64,000 nt of DNA, taken from NCBI GenBank assembly GCA_965216565.1, contig OZ244170.1, positions 3,232,001 to 3,296,000 on the forward strand, written 5' to 3'. The position numbers and the translations under genes were made by a program. Under the pieces are notes generated by a model that was given only the letters and a program-made list of their open reading frames with translations, was not told where the DNA came from and made no database searches. This DNA comes from Bythopirellula sp. GTDB lineage: Bacteria; Planctomycetota; Planctomycetia; Pirellulales; Lacipirellulaceae. Within the stretch, counting starts at the first letter, position 1; the number at the start of each line of letters is the position of its first letter. Shown here one piece after another: positions 18,927 to 28,052 of the stretch.

Positions 18927-19381
18927 ATCTCTCCAGATACTACTTAGGTTGGGTGCTCGGCTATTTGATTTTCAAGACAACTACTCAGGGCGGAATCTCC
19001 GCCAGTGGGCATCTCGGCAAAATGGCGAAACTTTGCCGACTATAGATTCTAGCCCGTTAGCATGCTTAAGCCTACAATCTCATTAGTTTTGCGGCGTGAA
19101 AATTCCTCACGATGCCTCCTGCTCCCGATAACCACACGATAGGGAACATTAAGAATGCGAATGATCCCCAACGATTGCCGCGAATCTCGCGACTGATGTG
19201 GACAATTCCGGATAACCGGCACAACCGAAGATTACAAACGCCCGGACCTAGTGCCTCACCAACGAGAATTTACGAGAGCGATACAGACCCTCAAACAACT
19301 AACAACTGCCCAGAGGCATAGAAATTCTGTATCTTGGACCCTCGATTAAGACAGCATTCCCTAAAGAATTGACCGCGATAG

Positions 19382-19933
19382 ATGAAAATTTACACCGAGA
19401 CCGGCGATGATGGCACGACGGGACTTTTTGGCGGAGACCGAGTCTCGAAATGCGATCTCCGGCTCTGCGCTTACGGGACGATTGACGAGCTAAATTCTGT
19501 GCTGGGTATTGCCCGAGCAGGTGAACTCTCGGAGAGAACTGCTGAGATTATCGAGGCACTACAGCATCAGATGTTTGCACTCGGTTCGGAACTCGCCTCG
19601 CCCAACCCAGATTCCCCGGGAATTGTCTTGTTAGGGGACGAAGTGGTCAAAGGCCTCGAACATTGGATTGACGCATTGGAAGAAGACCTCGCACCGCTGA
19701 AATCATTCATACTCCCAGGCGGCTCTTTAGGCGCCGCCCGATTGCATTTCGCCCGCTGCGTGTGCCGACGTGCTGAGAGAGAAATTGCGAAGCTCGCCCA
19801 GTCGACTGAAATTCGCCCGACCGTGCTAAAATACATCAATCGGGTGAGCGATTTATTGTTTGTCTTGGCCCGGGCCGTCAATCACGAGGCGAACGTTGCA
19901 GACGTCGTCTGGAGTAAACCCGACGACAACTAG
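19382..19933 (+). CDS. ATP:cob(I)alamin adenosyltransferase, PduO type
   Basis: 'MKIYTETGDDGTTGL', 'AYGTIDELNS', 'FILPGG', 'ARCVCRRAER', 'YINRVSDLLF'. Confidence 0.93.
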   Translation: MKIYTETGDDGTTGLFGGDRVSKCDLRLCAYGTIDELNSVLGIARAGELSERTAEIIEALQHQMFALGSELASPNPDSPGIVLLGDEVVKGLEHWIDALEEDLAPLKSFILPGGSLGAARLHFARCVCRRAEREIAKLAQSTEIRPTVLKYINRVSDLLFVLARAVNHEANVADVVWSKPDDN

Positions 19934-20132
19934 GAAAACGGCCCCAGGAAACCGCTGAAATACTAGGCCTGACAGGGGCTTCTTGGCGAGGACTTTACTC
20001 GATGCCGGGCCAACGACTATGCTACTGCTGGCACTTGGGTGAGAATTCTAATCACCACTGAAAACAGTGACCTCAAGTAGGCGGCTTGGGCGACCTGCCG
20101 GGGACACTTTCTAAATAATCGAAGCTGTTTTT

Positions 20133-21557
20133 TTGGAGGGAACGATGGGCGGATTCTATCGATATGCGCTAGTCCTACTATTTCTCTTGGCAAGTTTCGG
20201 GCAGGCTCAGCAAGCTATTGCCCAAAAAACACCTGATATAGCAACCGTCAACGAAAAGGCCGATGCCGCCCTCTTGGCGGGGCATAATGCCTGGATGCTG
20301 ACGAGTTGCGCACTCGTGTTGTTCATGACTGCCCCGGGCCTAGCCATGTTTTACGGAGGATTGGTCCGTAGAAAGAATGTGCTGGGCGTCATGATGCAGT
20401 GCCTATTTCTCATGGGAATGATGACCGTTCTGTGGGCGTTGTATGGGTATAGTCTCTCCTTCGGCGGCGATGGGCCATATATCGGAAATGCCGACTACGT
20501 GATGATGGAAGGTGTGCAACGGGAATGGAATGAAGAGACCGAGGAACCCGATACCCCTATGTATGAAGTTGATGGCTACCATCAGATTCCCCGCTACACC
20601 CACATGCTGTTTCAGGGCATGTTCTTTATCATTACTCCCGCACTCATTTGTGGTGCATTCGCCGAGCGCATGAAGTTCAGCGCTATGGTGCTTTTCAGTA
20701 TTCTCTGGGGGACGCTAGTCTATTGCCCGCTCTGCCATTGGGTGTGGGGCGGAGGAATTCTGGCCTTCGGATCGGATCATGCAATTCTCAATGGAGCATT
20801 AGACTTTGCCGGCGGCACCGTGGTGCATATCAGTTCGGGAGTCTCAGCTTTGCTGTGCGCGATTCTGATTGGGAAGCGCGAGGGTTATGGTACTGCCGAC
20901 ACGCGTCCGCATAATCTTACCTATACCGTGCTGGGTGCCGCGATGCTGTGGGTTGGCTGGTTTGGTTTCAACGCAGGGAGCGAGTTGCTCTCCGATCACC
21001 TCACTTCCAGCGCCTTCGCCGTCACTCATTTCTCAGCTGCAGCGGGAGTACTCGGTTGGGTCGCTTACGAATGGCTTACCACAGGCAAGCCTAGCGTGTT
21101 GGGCGCTGCCTCTGGTGCTGTGGCAGGACTGGTCTGCATTACCCCGGCAGCTGGTTTTGTGAATCCTATGCCTGCTCTGATCATGGGTTTTGTGGCAGGA
21201 ATCGTTTGTGCACTGGCCTGTGGGTCGCTGAAGGGGCACTTTCGCTACGACGATTCTCTCGACGCCTTTGGTGTTCACGGCGTGGGCGGAACGCTTGGGG
21301 CTGTGCTCACAGGTGTATTTGCCACCCGAGCCTGCTGGAATATTGCAGGTACTGAAAAGCTAGGAATGATCGAAGGAGGCAGCATTATGCCGGGCCAATT
21401 GGCTGCCGTCGCGGTGACCTGGGTCTTTAGCATTGTGGCAACTTTTATCATACTGAAAGTTGTCGACTTGGCTGTTGGGCTGAGGGTCACTCCCACGGAT
21501 GAAGTGAAGGGGCTAGATCTAAGTGAACATGGCGAAGAGGGTTACATTTTCGCCTAA
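20133..21557 (+). CDS. amtB: Ammonium transporter
   Basis: 'PGLAMFYGGLVR', 'FQGMFFIITPALI', 'DFAGGTVVHI', 'WVGWFGFNAGS', 'DDSLDAFGVHG'. Start is probably the ATG at 20145. Confidence 0.96.
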   Translation: MEGTMGGFYRYALVLLFLLASFGQAQQAIAQKTPDIATVNEKADAALLAGHNAWMLTSCALVLFMTAPGLAMFYGGLVRRKNVLGVMMQCLFLMGMMTVLWALYGYSLSFGGDGPYIGNADYVMMEGVQREWNEETEEPDTPMYEVDGYHQIPRYTHMLFQGMFFIITPALICGAFAERMKFSAMVLFSILWGTLVYCPLCHWVWGGGILAFGSDHAILNGALDFAGGTVVHISSGVSALLCAILIGKREGYGTADTRPHNLTYTVLGAAMLWVGWFGFNAGSELLSDHLTSSAFAVTHFSAAAGVLGWVAYEWLTTGKPSVLGAASGAVAGLVCITPAAGFVNPMPALIMGFVAGIVCALACGSLKGHFRYDDSLDAFGVHGVGGTLGAVLTGVFATRACWNIAGTEKLGMIEGGSIMPGQLAAVAVTWVFSIVATFIILKVVDLAVGLRVTPTDEVKGLDLSEHGEEGYIFA

Positions 21558-21653
21558 AGAGTCGCTAGATGAGATTGGTACTGAGTGAAAGCCGGGGTAA
21601 CTTTGTCCTCGGTAGTCCCACTTGGTGAAGAGCCGGCTAGCTAAACTAATTAG

Positions 21654-22010
<357 letters not shown>

Positions 22011-22073
22011 AAATTCCGCTTGGCTGGCTCCGTAAATACCGCTTCATTTTTTCGTGCCCAAGTCCGAGCCTTC

Positions 22074-22130
22074 CGCTGGCACTGCCAGTGGCACACAATA
22101 TTAGTAGCACTCCAGAGGGACACTGGCACA
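22074..22130. repeat. REP-like short palindrome plus a degenerate second half-copy
   Basis: cgctggc-act-gccagtg-gcacac (22074-22096) and cactggcaca (22121-22130) between the PII gene and glnD. Confidence 0.5.
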
Positions 22131-22209
22131 AGTCCGTTGTTCTTCCCCTTGTGCTATTCGTTGCCGCCCCTCCCTCTGCATCCCTCCTCCACGAGAGAAA
22201 GGCACCTGC

Positions 22210-24834
22210 GTGTCGGATAAATCTCGTACCATAAACATCTCGTCCCTCCGCGAAAGCCTCGGCACACAGCGCGACGCAATACGCGAACTTCACGACAAGG
22301 GGCTGCCCAGCACCCAGGTATCGGCAAGGCTCGCCTCGGTAGTCGATGCGATTGTGGTCTCGCTGTTTGATGCGTCACTCGTGGGTCACTCTGATTCAGA
22401 GGCCATTGAACATTTGCGGAGTCAGGTTGCCATCGTTGGCTTGGGGTCCTATGCCCGTCGGCAATGTTCGCCCTTTTCCGATGTCGATCTGATGATTCTC
22501 CACAATGCACGTAGCCCCGAGGAGATCTCAACCACGTTTCGACCCTTGACTCAAGGCATATTCGATATCGGACTGCAACTGGGACACAGCGTTCGCACAA
22601 CGAGCGAGGCAACCCAGTTGGCCAAAGAAGATGCTGTGATTTGTACGTCGATGATCGATTCGCGACTGCTCATTGGCAGCAAGGAGCTTTACGATGACTT
22701 CCGCAGCAGTTTCCAAAAAATGATCGAGCGAAATAGACAACCAGTGATCCGCTCAATCTTGGACGCGCGAACTGCGGAGCGCGACGAATATGGCACCACG
22801 GTCTACTTGCTAGAACCACATGTAAAGCGATCTCGTGGAGGTCTACGCGATTTGAACCTGCTACGCTGGCTCGGTTTCGCGGAACGTGGTGTCTCCGACC
22901 CTGATCGGCTCCAACTACTCGGAGCCATATCGAAATTTGACCATCGTCGGCTGATCAACACTCGCCAGTTTTTATTGCGACTAAGAAACGAACTTCATTT
23001 CAATTCCGGGACTTCTCACGATCTGCTCAATCGCGCTAAGCAGCTAGAAATTGCTGAGAAATTTGGGTATCGAGGCGGCAAAGGCATGCTGCCTGTCGAG
23101 CGGTTCATGCGAGACTACTTCCGGCATACCAATCATCTCTGGCAACTCGTACGACGACGTGATGCTAGTTTGCAAGTCGCCTCACGAGTCTCACGGGTGC
23201 TGGACCCTATGCTTTCTAAGACGGTGGAAGGCGACTACCGCATCGGACTGCAGAATATATCGGCAACGAAAAGCGGCCTAGCCAAAATCAAGCAAGACAT
23301 GGGCGAAGTCCTACGCTTGGTCGAACTCTCCAGGCAGCAGAACAAAGATATCGATCATGCCACTTGGTCGGCATTGCTGCTACGTGCTCCCGAATTCCCT
23401 GACGTCGACGATGCCGAGGTCCAACGCCAGTTCTGGAATCTCCTCGGAAAACACGAATACATAGGAGATGTACTCCGTGTACTCCACGAGTTGGGATATC
23501 TGGAAAAACTTGTACCGCCAATGCGTCACGCACGTTGCCTACTGCAGTTCAATCAGTACCACAAGTTTACGGTCGACGAGCATTGCATTCGTTCTGTTCG
23601 TAAAGCAACCAGCTTTGCCGACCGCAAAGACGTCCTGGGCGAAGCTTATCGGGAAATTCCGGACAAACGTACTCTACACTTGGCTTTACTTCTACACGAT
23701 TTGGGCAAGGGCTTTGAAGAGGATCACAGCGAAGTCGGAAAACGCATTGCCGAAGAAACTACGTCGCTGCTCAAACTTGACGAACGGGCCGCGTCGGACA
23801 TTGCATTCTTAGTTCATAAACACCTAGTGATGTCGCATTTGGCTTTCCGACGCGACACGAGCGATACCCAACTCATCAAACGTTTTGCCGCCGAGATCGG
23901 GAGCGTCGATCGCCTACGCATGCTTTTTGTAATGACCTGTGCTGATCTTGCTGCCGTTGGTCCGGGTGTGCTTAATGATTGGAAAATCGATGTCCTAGCC
24001 GATGTCTATCATCGATCAGTCAAACATATCCAACAGGAAGGAGACTCTTGGACGGAAACCCAACTCGAGCTACGGCGAAGCGACATCCGCGATTTGCTGA
24101 CTCCCAAGCAACAGCAAGACGAATGGTTCGAGCGTCAAATCCAACAACTACCGGATAGCTACCTGGCACGCCGCAAAGCAAGCAGCATGGCCGAGGCTCT
24201 CGCCCGATTGAACAAACTCTCCGAGGGAGATGTCGACGTTTGGTGCGAGCCCCAGCAAGAGAACAAGCCTCTGCTGTTCACTGCCGGAGTTGATCGCGGC
24301 AGCGGCCGCGGAGTTTTTTCAAGCATGGCCGGTGCGCTTTCGGCGGCGTCTATGCAGATTCTTTCTGCAGACACCAATGTCCTTGACGATGGCCTGCTGT
24401 TGCTGCACTACGAAACTACCGATCAGATAGATCCCATCAAGACTCCTCCAGATCGCATCGAAAGAGTTTGCCAATCGCTAGTAACTGCCGTCGACGCTAA
24501 AGACCCTCCTAAGTTCCAACGACAATGGGGCCTGCAGCAATCTGAAGAATCGAAGCGACTAACTCAGCTATCCAACAAGGTGAGAGTAGACAATCGGGCC
24601 TCAGAAAGCTGTACGGTCGTCGAAGTCTTTACCTTCGATCGCTCTGGGTTGCTCTTCGAATTAGCTCGGAGAGTCCACGATCTGGAATTAATTATTCAGC
24701 ACGCAAAAATCGGCACTTTTCTCGACCAAGTCGTCGATGTCTTTTACGTGACCAATCGTGATTTGCAGAAGATTACCGACGAGCAGCACTTAGAGCATAT
24801 CCGTCAGCAGATTTTCGAGGTCATCAACGATTGA
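22210..24834 (+). CDS. glnD: [Protein-PII] uridylyltransferase / uridylyl-removing enzyme
   Basis: NT domain 'GSYARRQCSPFSDVDL', 'EPHVKRSRGGLRDL', HD domain 'HKFTVDEH...LLHDLGKG', and C-terminal ACT domains. Confidence 0.95.
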   Translation: MSDKSRTINISSLRESLGTQRDAIRELHDKGLPSTQVSARLASVVDAIVVSLFDASLVGHSDSEAIEHLRSQVAIVGLGSYARRQCSPFSDVDLMILHNARSPEEISTTFRPLTQGIFDIGLQLGHSVRTTSEATQLAKEDAVICTSMIDSRLLIGSKELYDDFRSSFQKMIERNRQPVIRSILDARTAERDEYGTTVYLLEPHVKRSRGGLRDLNLLRWLGFAERGVSDPDRLQLLGAISKFDHRRLINTRQFLLRLRNELHFNSGTSHDLLNRAKQLEIAEKFGYRGGKGMLPVERFMRDYFRHTNHLWQLVRRRDASLQVASRVSRVLDPMLSKTVEGDYRIGLQNISATKSGLAKIKQDMGEVLRLVELSRQQNKDIDHATWSALLLRAPEFPDVDDAEVQRQFWNLLGKHEYIGDVLRVLHELGYLEKLVPPMRHARCLLQFNQYHKFTVDEHCIRSVRKATSFADRKDVLGEAYREIPDKRTLHLALLLHDLGKGFEEDHSEVGKRIAEETTSLLKLDERAASDIAFLVHKHLVMSHLAFRRDTSDTQLIKRFAAEIGSVDRLRMLFVMTCADLAAVGPGVLNDWKIDVLADVYHRSVKHIQQEGDSWTETQLELRRSDIRDLLTPKQQQDEWFERQIQQLPDSYLARRKASSMAEALARLNKLSEGDVDVWCEPQQENKPLLFTAGVDRGSGRGVFSSMAGALSAASMQILSADTNVLDDGLLLLHYETTDQIDPIKTPPDRIERVCQSLVTAVDAKDPPKFQRQWGLQQSEESKRLTQLSNKVRVDNRASESCTVVEVFTFDRSGLLFELARRVHDLELIIQHAKIGTFLDQVVDVFYVTNRDLQKITDEQHLEHIRQQIFEVIND

Positions 24835-24936
24835 CGAGGGTGCATTCAGGCAGACCCTTGGCTATTCTACGTTGCGCATTACACTTATCTCTAAAGAATG
24901 AGTCGCCGAACCAAGGGCAGCCCAGGATAGTTACCA

Positions 24937-25935
24937 ATGGCAGATGAACACGTGCAACCTCAACGAGATGAGGTCCCCCCTCAGATCAACGCCGCGGAGA
25001 CTGATCGTCAGTTGTCGCGGTACTTTTCCAATAGTTTTTCGCGCTACTCTGAGTTCGAGGAACTAGCCAAGGGTGGCTCGGCGATATTGCGGACCTGTAC
25101 GGATAACAATCTGGGGCGTCGCGTAGTGATGAAGACATTGCACTCTCACCTGGCAGACAGAGAGTACCCACGTGCACGCTTTCTACGCGAAGCTCGCGTA
25201 ACCGCGCAGTTGCAACATCCCAATACTGTGCCGGTGTACGAAATTGGCCAGGACTTGGAAGGCCGACTCTACTTCACCATGAAAAAAGTCGTCGGCGAAA
25301 CCTTCCGCGATCTCCTGGAAAAACAGATTCTTGGGGATGCCGACGCCTGCCGCGTCTACAATCTCGATCGTATGTTGGGCGCGCTAATCCAGATTGCTAA
25401 CGCGTTGGCCTATGCCCACGCCCATGGGGTGGTCCATCGGGATCTTAAACCTGAAAACATGCTCGTCGGCTCGTTCGGTGAAGTGATCCTACTCGACTGG
25501 GGCGTAGCTAAAGTCTGGGCTCAAGACGGCGAGGTCTCAGAAGCGGCGATTCTAGAGCATGAAGACTTAACTGACGTGGGGCAACGTCCCGGCACGCCTT
25601 TGTACATGTCTCCCGAGCAAGTTCGCGGCGGGGGCGACGACATCGATGCCCGCACCGATGTTTACAGTATGGGAGTACTACTTTACGAGATACTTACCTT
25701 GAAGGAACCACTACGCGGCGATCGCATTAATGAAACCTTCGAAATGATTCTCAATGAAGCTCCCATTCCACCTAGTGAGCGAACACCCAAGCGAAACATC
25801 CCCCGGGTTCTCGCTGCGATCGCGATGAAAGCCATGGAAAAAGATCCTGCCAATCGTTATCAGACGATGCTGGAAATGATCGACGCAATGCGCGATTTCC
25901 GCAGCCGTGCGTTTCAATCGCTCACCAATCAGTGA
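24937..25935 (+). CDS. Hanks-type Ser/Thr protein kinase (kinase domain only)
   Basis: 'RFLREARVTAQLQHPN', 'HRDLKPEN', 'LDWGVAK', 'GTPLYMSPEQ', 'DVYSMG'. Confidence 0.92.
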   Translation: MADEHVQPQRDEVPPQINAAETDRQLSRYFSNSFSRYSEFEELAKGGSAILRTCTDNNLGRRVVMKTLHSHLADREYPRARFLREARVTAQLQHPNTVPVYEIGQDLEGRLYFTMKKVVGETFRDLLEKQILGDADACRVYNLDRMLGALIQIANALAYAHAHGVVHRDLKPENMLVGSFGEVILLDWGVAKVWAQDGEVSEAAILEHEDLTDVGQRPGTPLYMSPEQVRGGGDDIDARTDVYSMGVLLYEILTLKEPLRGDRINETFEMILNEAPIPPSERTPKRNIPRVLAAIAMKAMEKDPANRYQTMLEMIDAMRDFRSRAFQSLTNQ

Positions 25936-27766
25936 CAACTCGCCTAGATCGCTCAAATCGTTGGTAACGTCCGCCGATCAGTGCCAGCGTGGAGACGAGC
26001 ATTAAAACCATCGCGGCCGGTTCTGGCACCGCAGTGGCTACTGCCGTCAGTGGCACCACACCATTGCCCAATTGCTGCTGCCAAGCGAGAAAATCGAGGC
26101 CATCGCTCCGGCCATCTAGATTCGAATCGCTATCGCTATTCAACCCGTAATCTCCTTCCCATTGGGCTAGATCATCGGCATCCACATCGTGATCACCATC
26201 AAAGTCGCCCGGAGTATTGACCGTCAAGTATTGATCAATGGGTACGTCGAGTAGAGTTTGGACCGCCCCATCTGGCCAATGAATCTCCAACTCGTCAATG
26301 ACTGTGGCGGCGCCCAATCCGAAGTGAACAGGTAAATCGCTCTGGTTGAATGTGCCGGCGTTGGTGTTTGCTTCGCGTCGAATGGTGCGCTCCTGCGGTG
26401 TGCCTTCGTTGATGGTGGCATAGAGCGAGGCACCTATCCCTGTTGTGTTATCCGTTGGTCCTGAAAGCTCCACGTACAACCAGTGATTGCCGTTGGTCGT
26501 GGCATCGCTAATGAAAACTTGCTCGGGGGTATTCGGATCGTCGTCGCTGGTAGTGGCGATCAAATCCTGATCGCCGTCCAAATCGATGTCCCCCCAGGCA
26601 CTATCGTAGCTCCCTTTGTTCGTATCATTGAGCCCCTCGGCGACAGTTACATCCGTAAACTGCCAGTTGCCATCATTACGGTACAGTTTGCGAGCCAAAT
26701 CTTTGCCGTTATTCGGCTTGTGATCATGGAAGAATAAATCGAGATCACCATCGTTGTCGTAGTCAACCGCCCGACCGCCATTGAGATCACCCGACGTGTC
26801 AGACAACAAAGCTTGCCCCGTAATCGCATCGACATCCGTAAACTGGTTATTACCGTCATTGCGAAAAATCTTGCTTGCCTCTGAATCGGCACCGACCATA
26901 AACAGATCCAGATCGCCATCGTCATCGAAGTCCAAGAACTCCGAACCGTAGCTGTTGTCCATGTATTGTGTGCCATTGGTATCCGCGATGTCGATAAAAC
27001 TCAGCGTGCCAGTATCGGCCAACTGGTTTTCGTAAAAGTTATTGCGGATATCTCCTCCAAACTTGCACGTCGAGATGTAGATATCCAAGTCGCCATCGCC
27101 ATCGGTATCACCAATCGCCATGCCGTATGCTTTGGTTCCAAAATCTTCTTGAAAACCGACCAAGGCTCCCACAGGGGTAAAGCTTCCGCCAGAACCTTGC
27201 AGGTAGATCTCATGCCTTTCTGGACCTTCCATCGCCAAGATTAAATCTAGATCGCGATCTCCATCGATATCACTCCAGGCAACGTTTTGGTGAAATCCAG
27301 GATCGTCGAGACCTGTGGCTATGCTTACATTGGCGAAGCTAGCGCCGCCGCTATTTTTTACCAGGTCCCCCTTATTGGTGCTTGTGTTTGACTGACCGAC
27401 AAACATATCGACAAAGCCGTCCCCGTCGTAGTCGCCCCACGCGGCACTCCACGATCGATCTAAACCTTCAGGCAATATGCCAGAGATATTGCTGTAAGTC
27501 ATCGAACCAGTGCCAATGATATTGTTGCGAAAAAGCTGCCGGGCGTTGGCGCCGTTTGGGTCACCACCTCCTTGGAACATCAGATCCAGATCGCCGTCGT
27601 TATCGATGTCTGCGAGCGACGCACTACGCGAATCATAATTGACGCCGCCAAGAATCGTAGATCCCTGTTCGCTGAAGGTTTGCGCTTCTGTAACCGATGC
27701 CTCTAGTAAAATACTCAGACACCACAGAATGAGGGCCCATCGGGTAACAGAATCGTATCGAGTCAT
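25922..27766 (-). CDS. Secreted FG-GAP / ASPIC-UnbV (CRTAC1-family) protein with dockerin-like repeat and PEP-CTERM tail
   Basis: Multiple 'DxDxDGDLD' repeats, 'VHFGLG...LEIHWPDG', 'GDFDGDHDVDADDL...DGLDFLAWQQQLG', then 'VPEP' + hydrophobic helix + Arg cluster. Confidence 0.88.
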   Translation of the reverse strand: MTRYDSVTRWALILWCLSILLEASVTEAQTFSEQGSTILGGVNYDSRSASLADIDNDGDLDLMFQGGGDPNGANARQLFRNNIIGTGSMTYSNISGILPEGLDRSWSAAWGDYDGDGFVDMFVGQSNTSTNKGDLVKNSGGASFANVSIATGLDDPGFHQNVAWSDIDGDRDLDLILAMEGPERHEIYLQGSGGSFTPVGALVGFQEDFGTKAYGMAIGDTDGDGDLDIYISTCKFGGDIRNNFYENQLADTGTLSFIDIADTNGTQYMDNSYGSEFLDFDDDGDLDLFMVGADSEASKIFRNDGNNQFTDVDAITGQALLSDTSGDLNGGRAVDYDNDGDLDLFFHDHKPNNGKDLARKLYRNDGNWQFTDVTVAEGLNDTNKGSYDSAWGDIDLDGDQDLIATTSDDDPNTPEQVFISDATTNGNHWLYVELSGPTDNTTGIGASLYATINEGTPQERTIRREANTNAGTFNQSDLPVHFGLGAATVIDELEIHWPDGAVQTLLDVPIDQYLTVNTPGDFDGDHDVDADDLAQWEGDYGLNSDSDSNLDGRSDGLDFLAWQQQLGNGVVPLTAVATAVPEPAAMVLMLVSTLALIGGRYQRFERSRRVVTDW

Positions 27767-28052
27767 TCCAATAACCTCCTAGTCAGCGTGCGGTCAGGTC
27801 TCAGAATAACCGATCTCGATCGAAGGGTTCAAACGAAACCAGCAAATAGTAAGTTATCTGCACAAGAATCGAGAATCAGTCAAATAGATTGCGAGATTTC
27901 CTAGAGAAATAGAGGACTGAACAAAGAACGATGCCCAGGCTGATGCCGCCTCACCAGCCGATCTCAACCAGTCTTTTCAAACTTCGCCACGCTAGAGCAG
28001 GCTGACTATACTGGAAAGCGTTTTAGAAAGTGCATGTCCTGTTTCCAATATT

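Noticed and set aside
19130..19381. Cobalamin riboswitch upstream of the PduO-type adenosyltransferase
   Set aside because: Only 'atagggaa' resembles the consensus; no GCCACTG or B12-box (AGYCAGRAGACC) elements were found.
20028..20046. sigma54 promoter before amtB (ctggcacttgggtgagaa)
   Set aside because: TGGCAC is present but there is no GC at the required GG-N10-GC distance.
22076..22140. sigma54 promoters before glnD (three TGGCAC)
   Set aside because: None has a correctly spaced -12 GC; better explained as a palindromic repeat.
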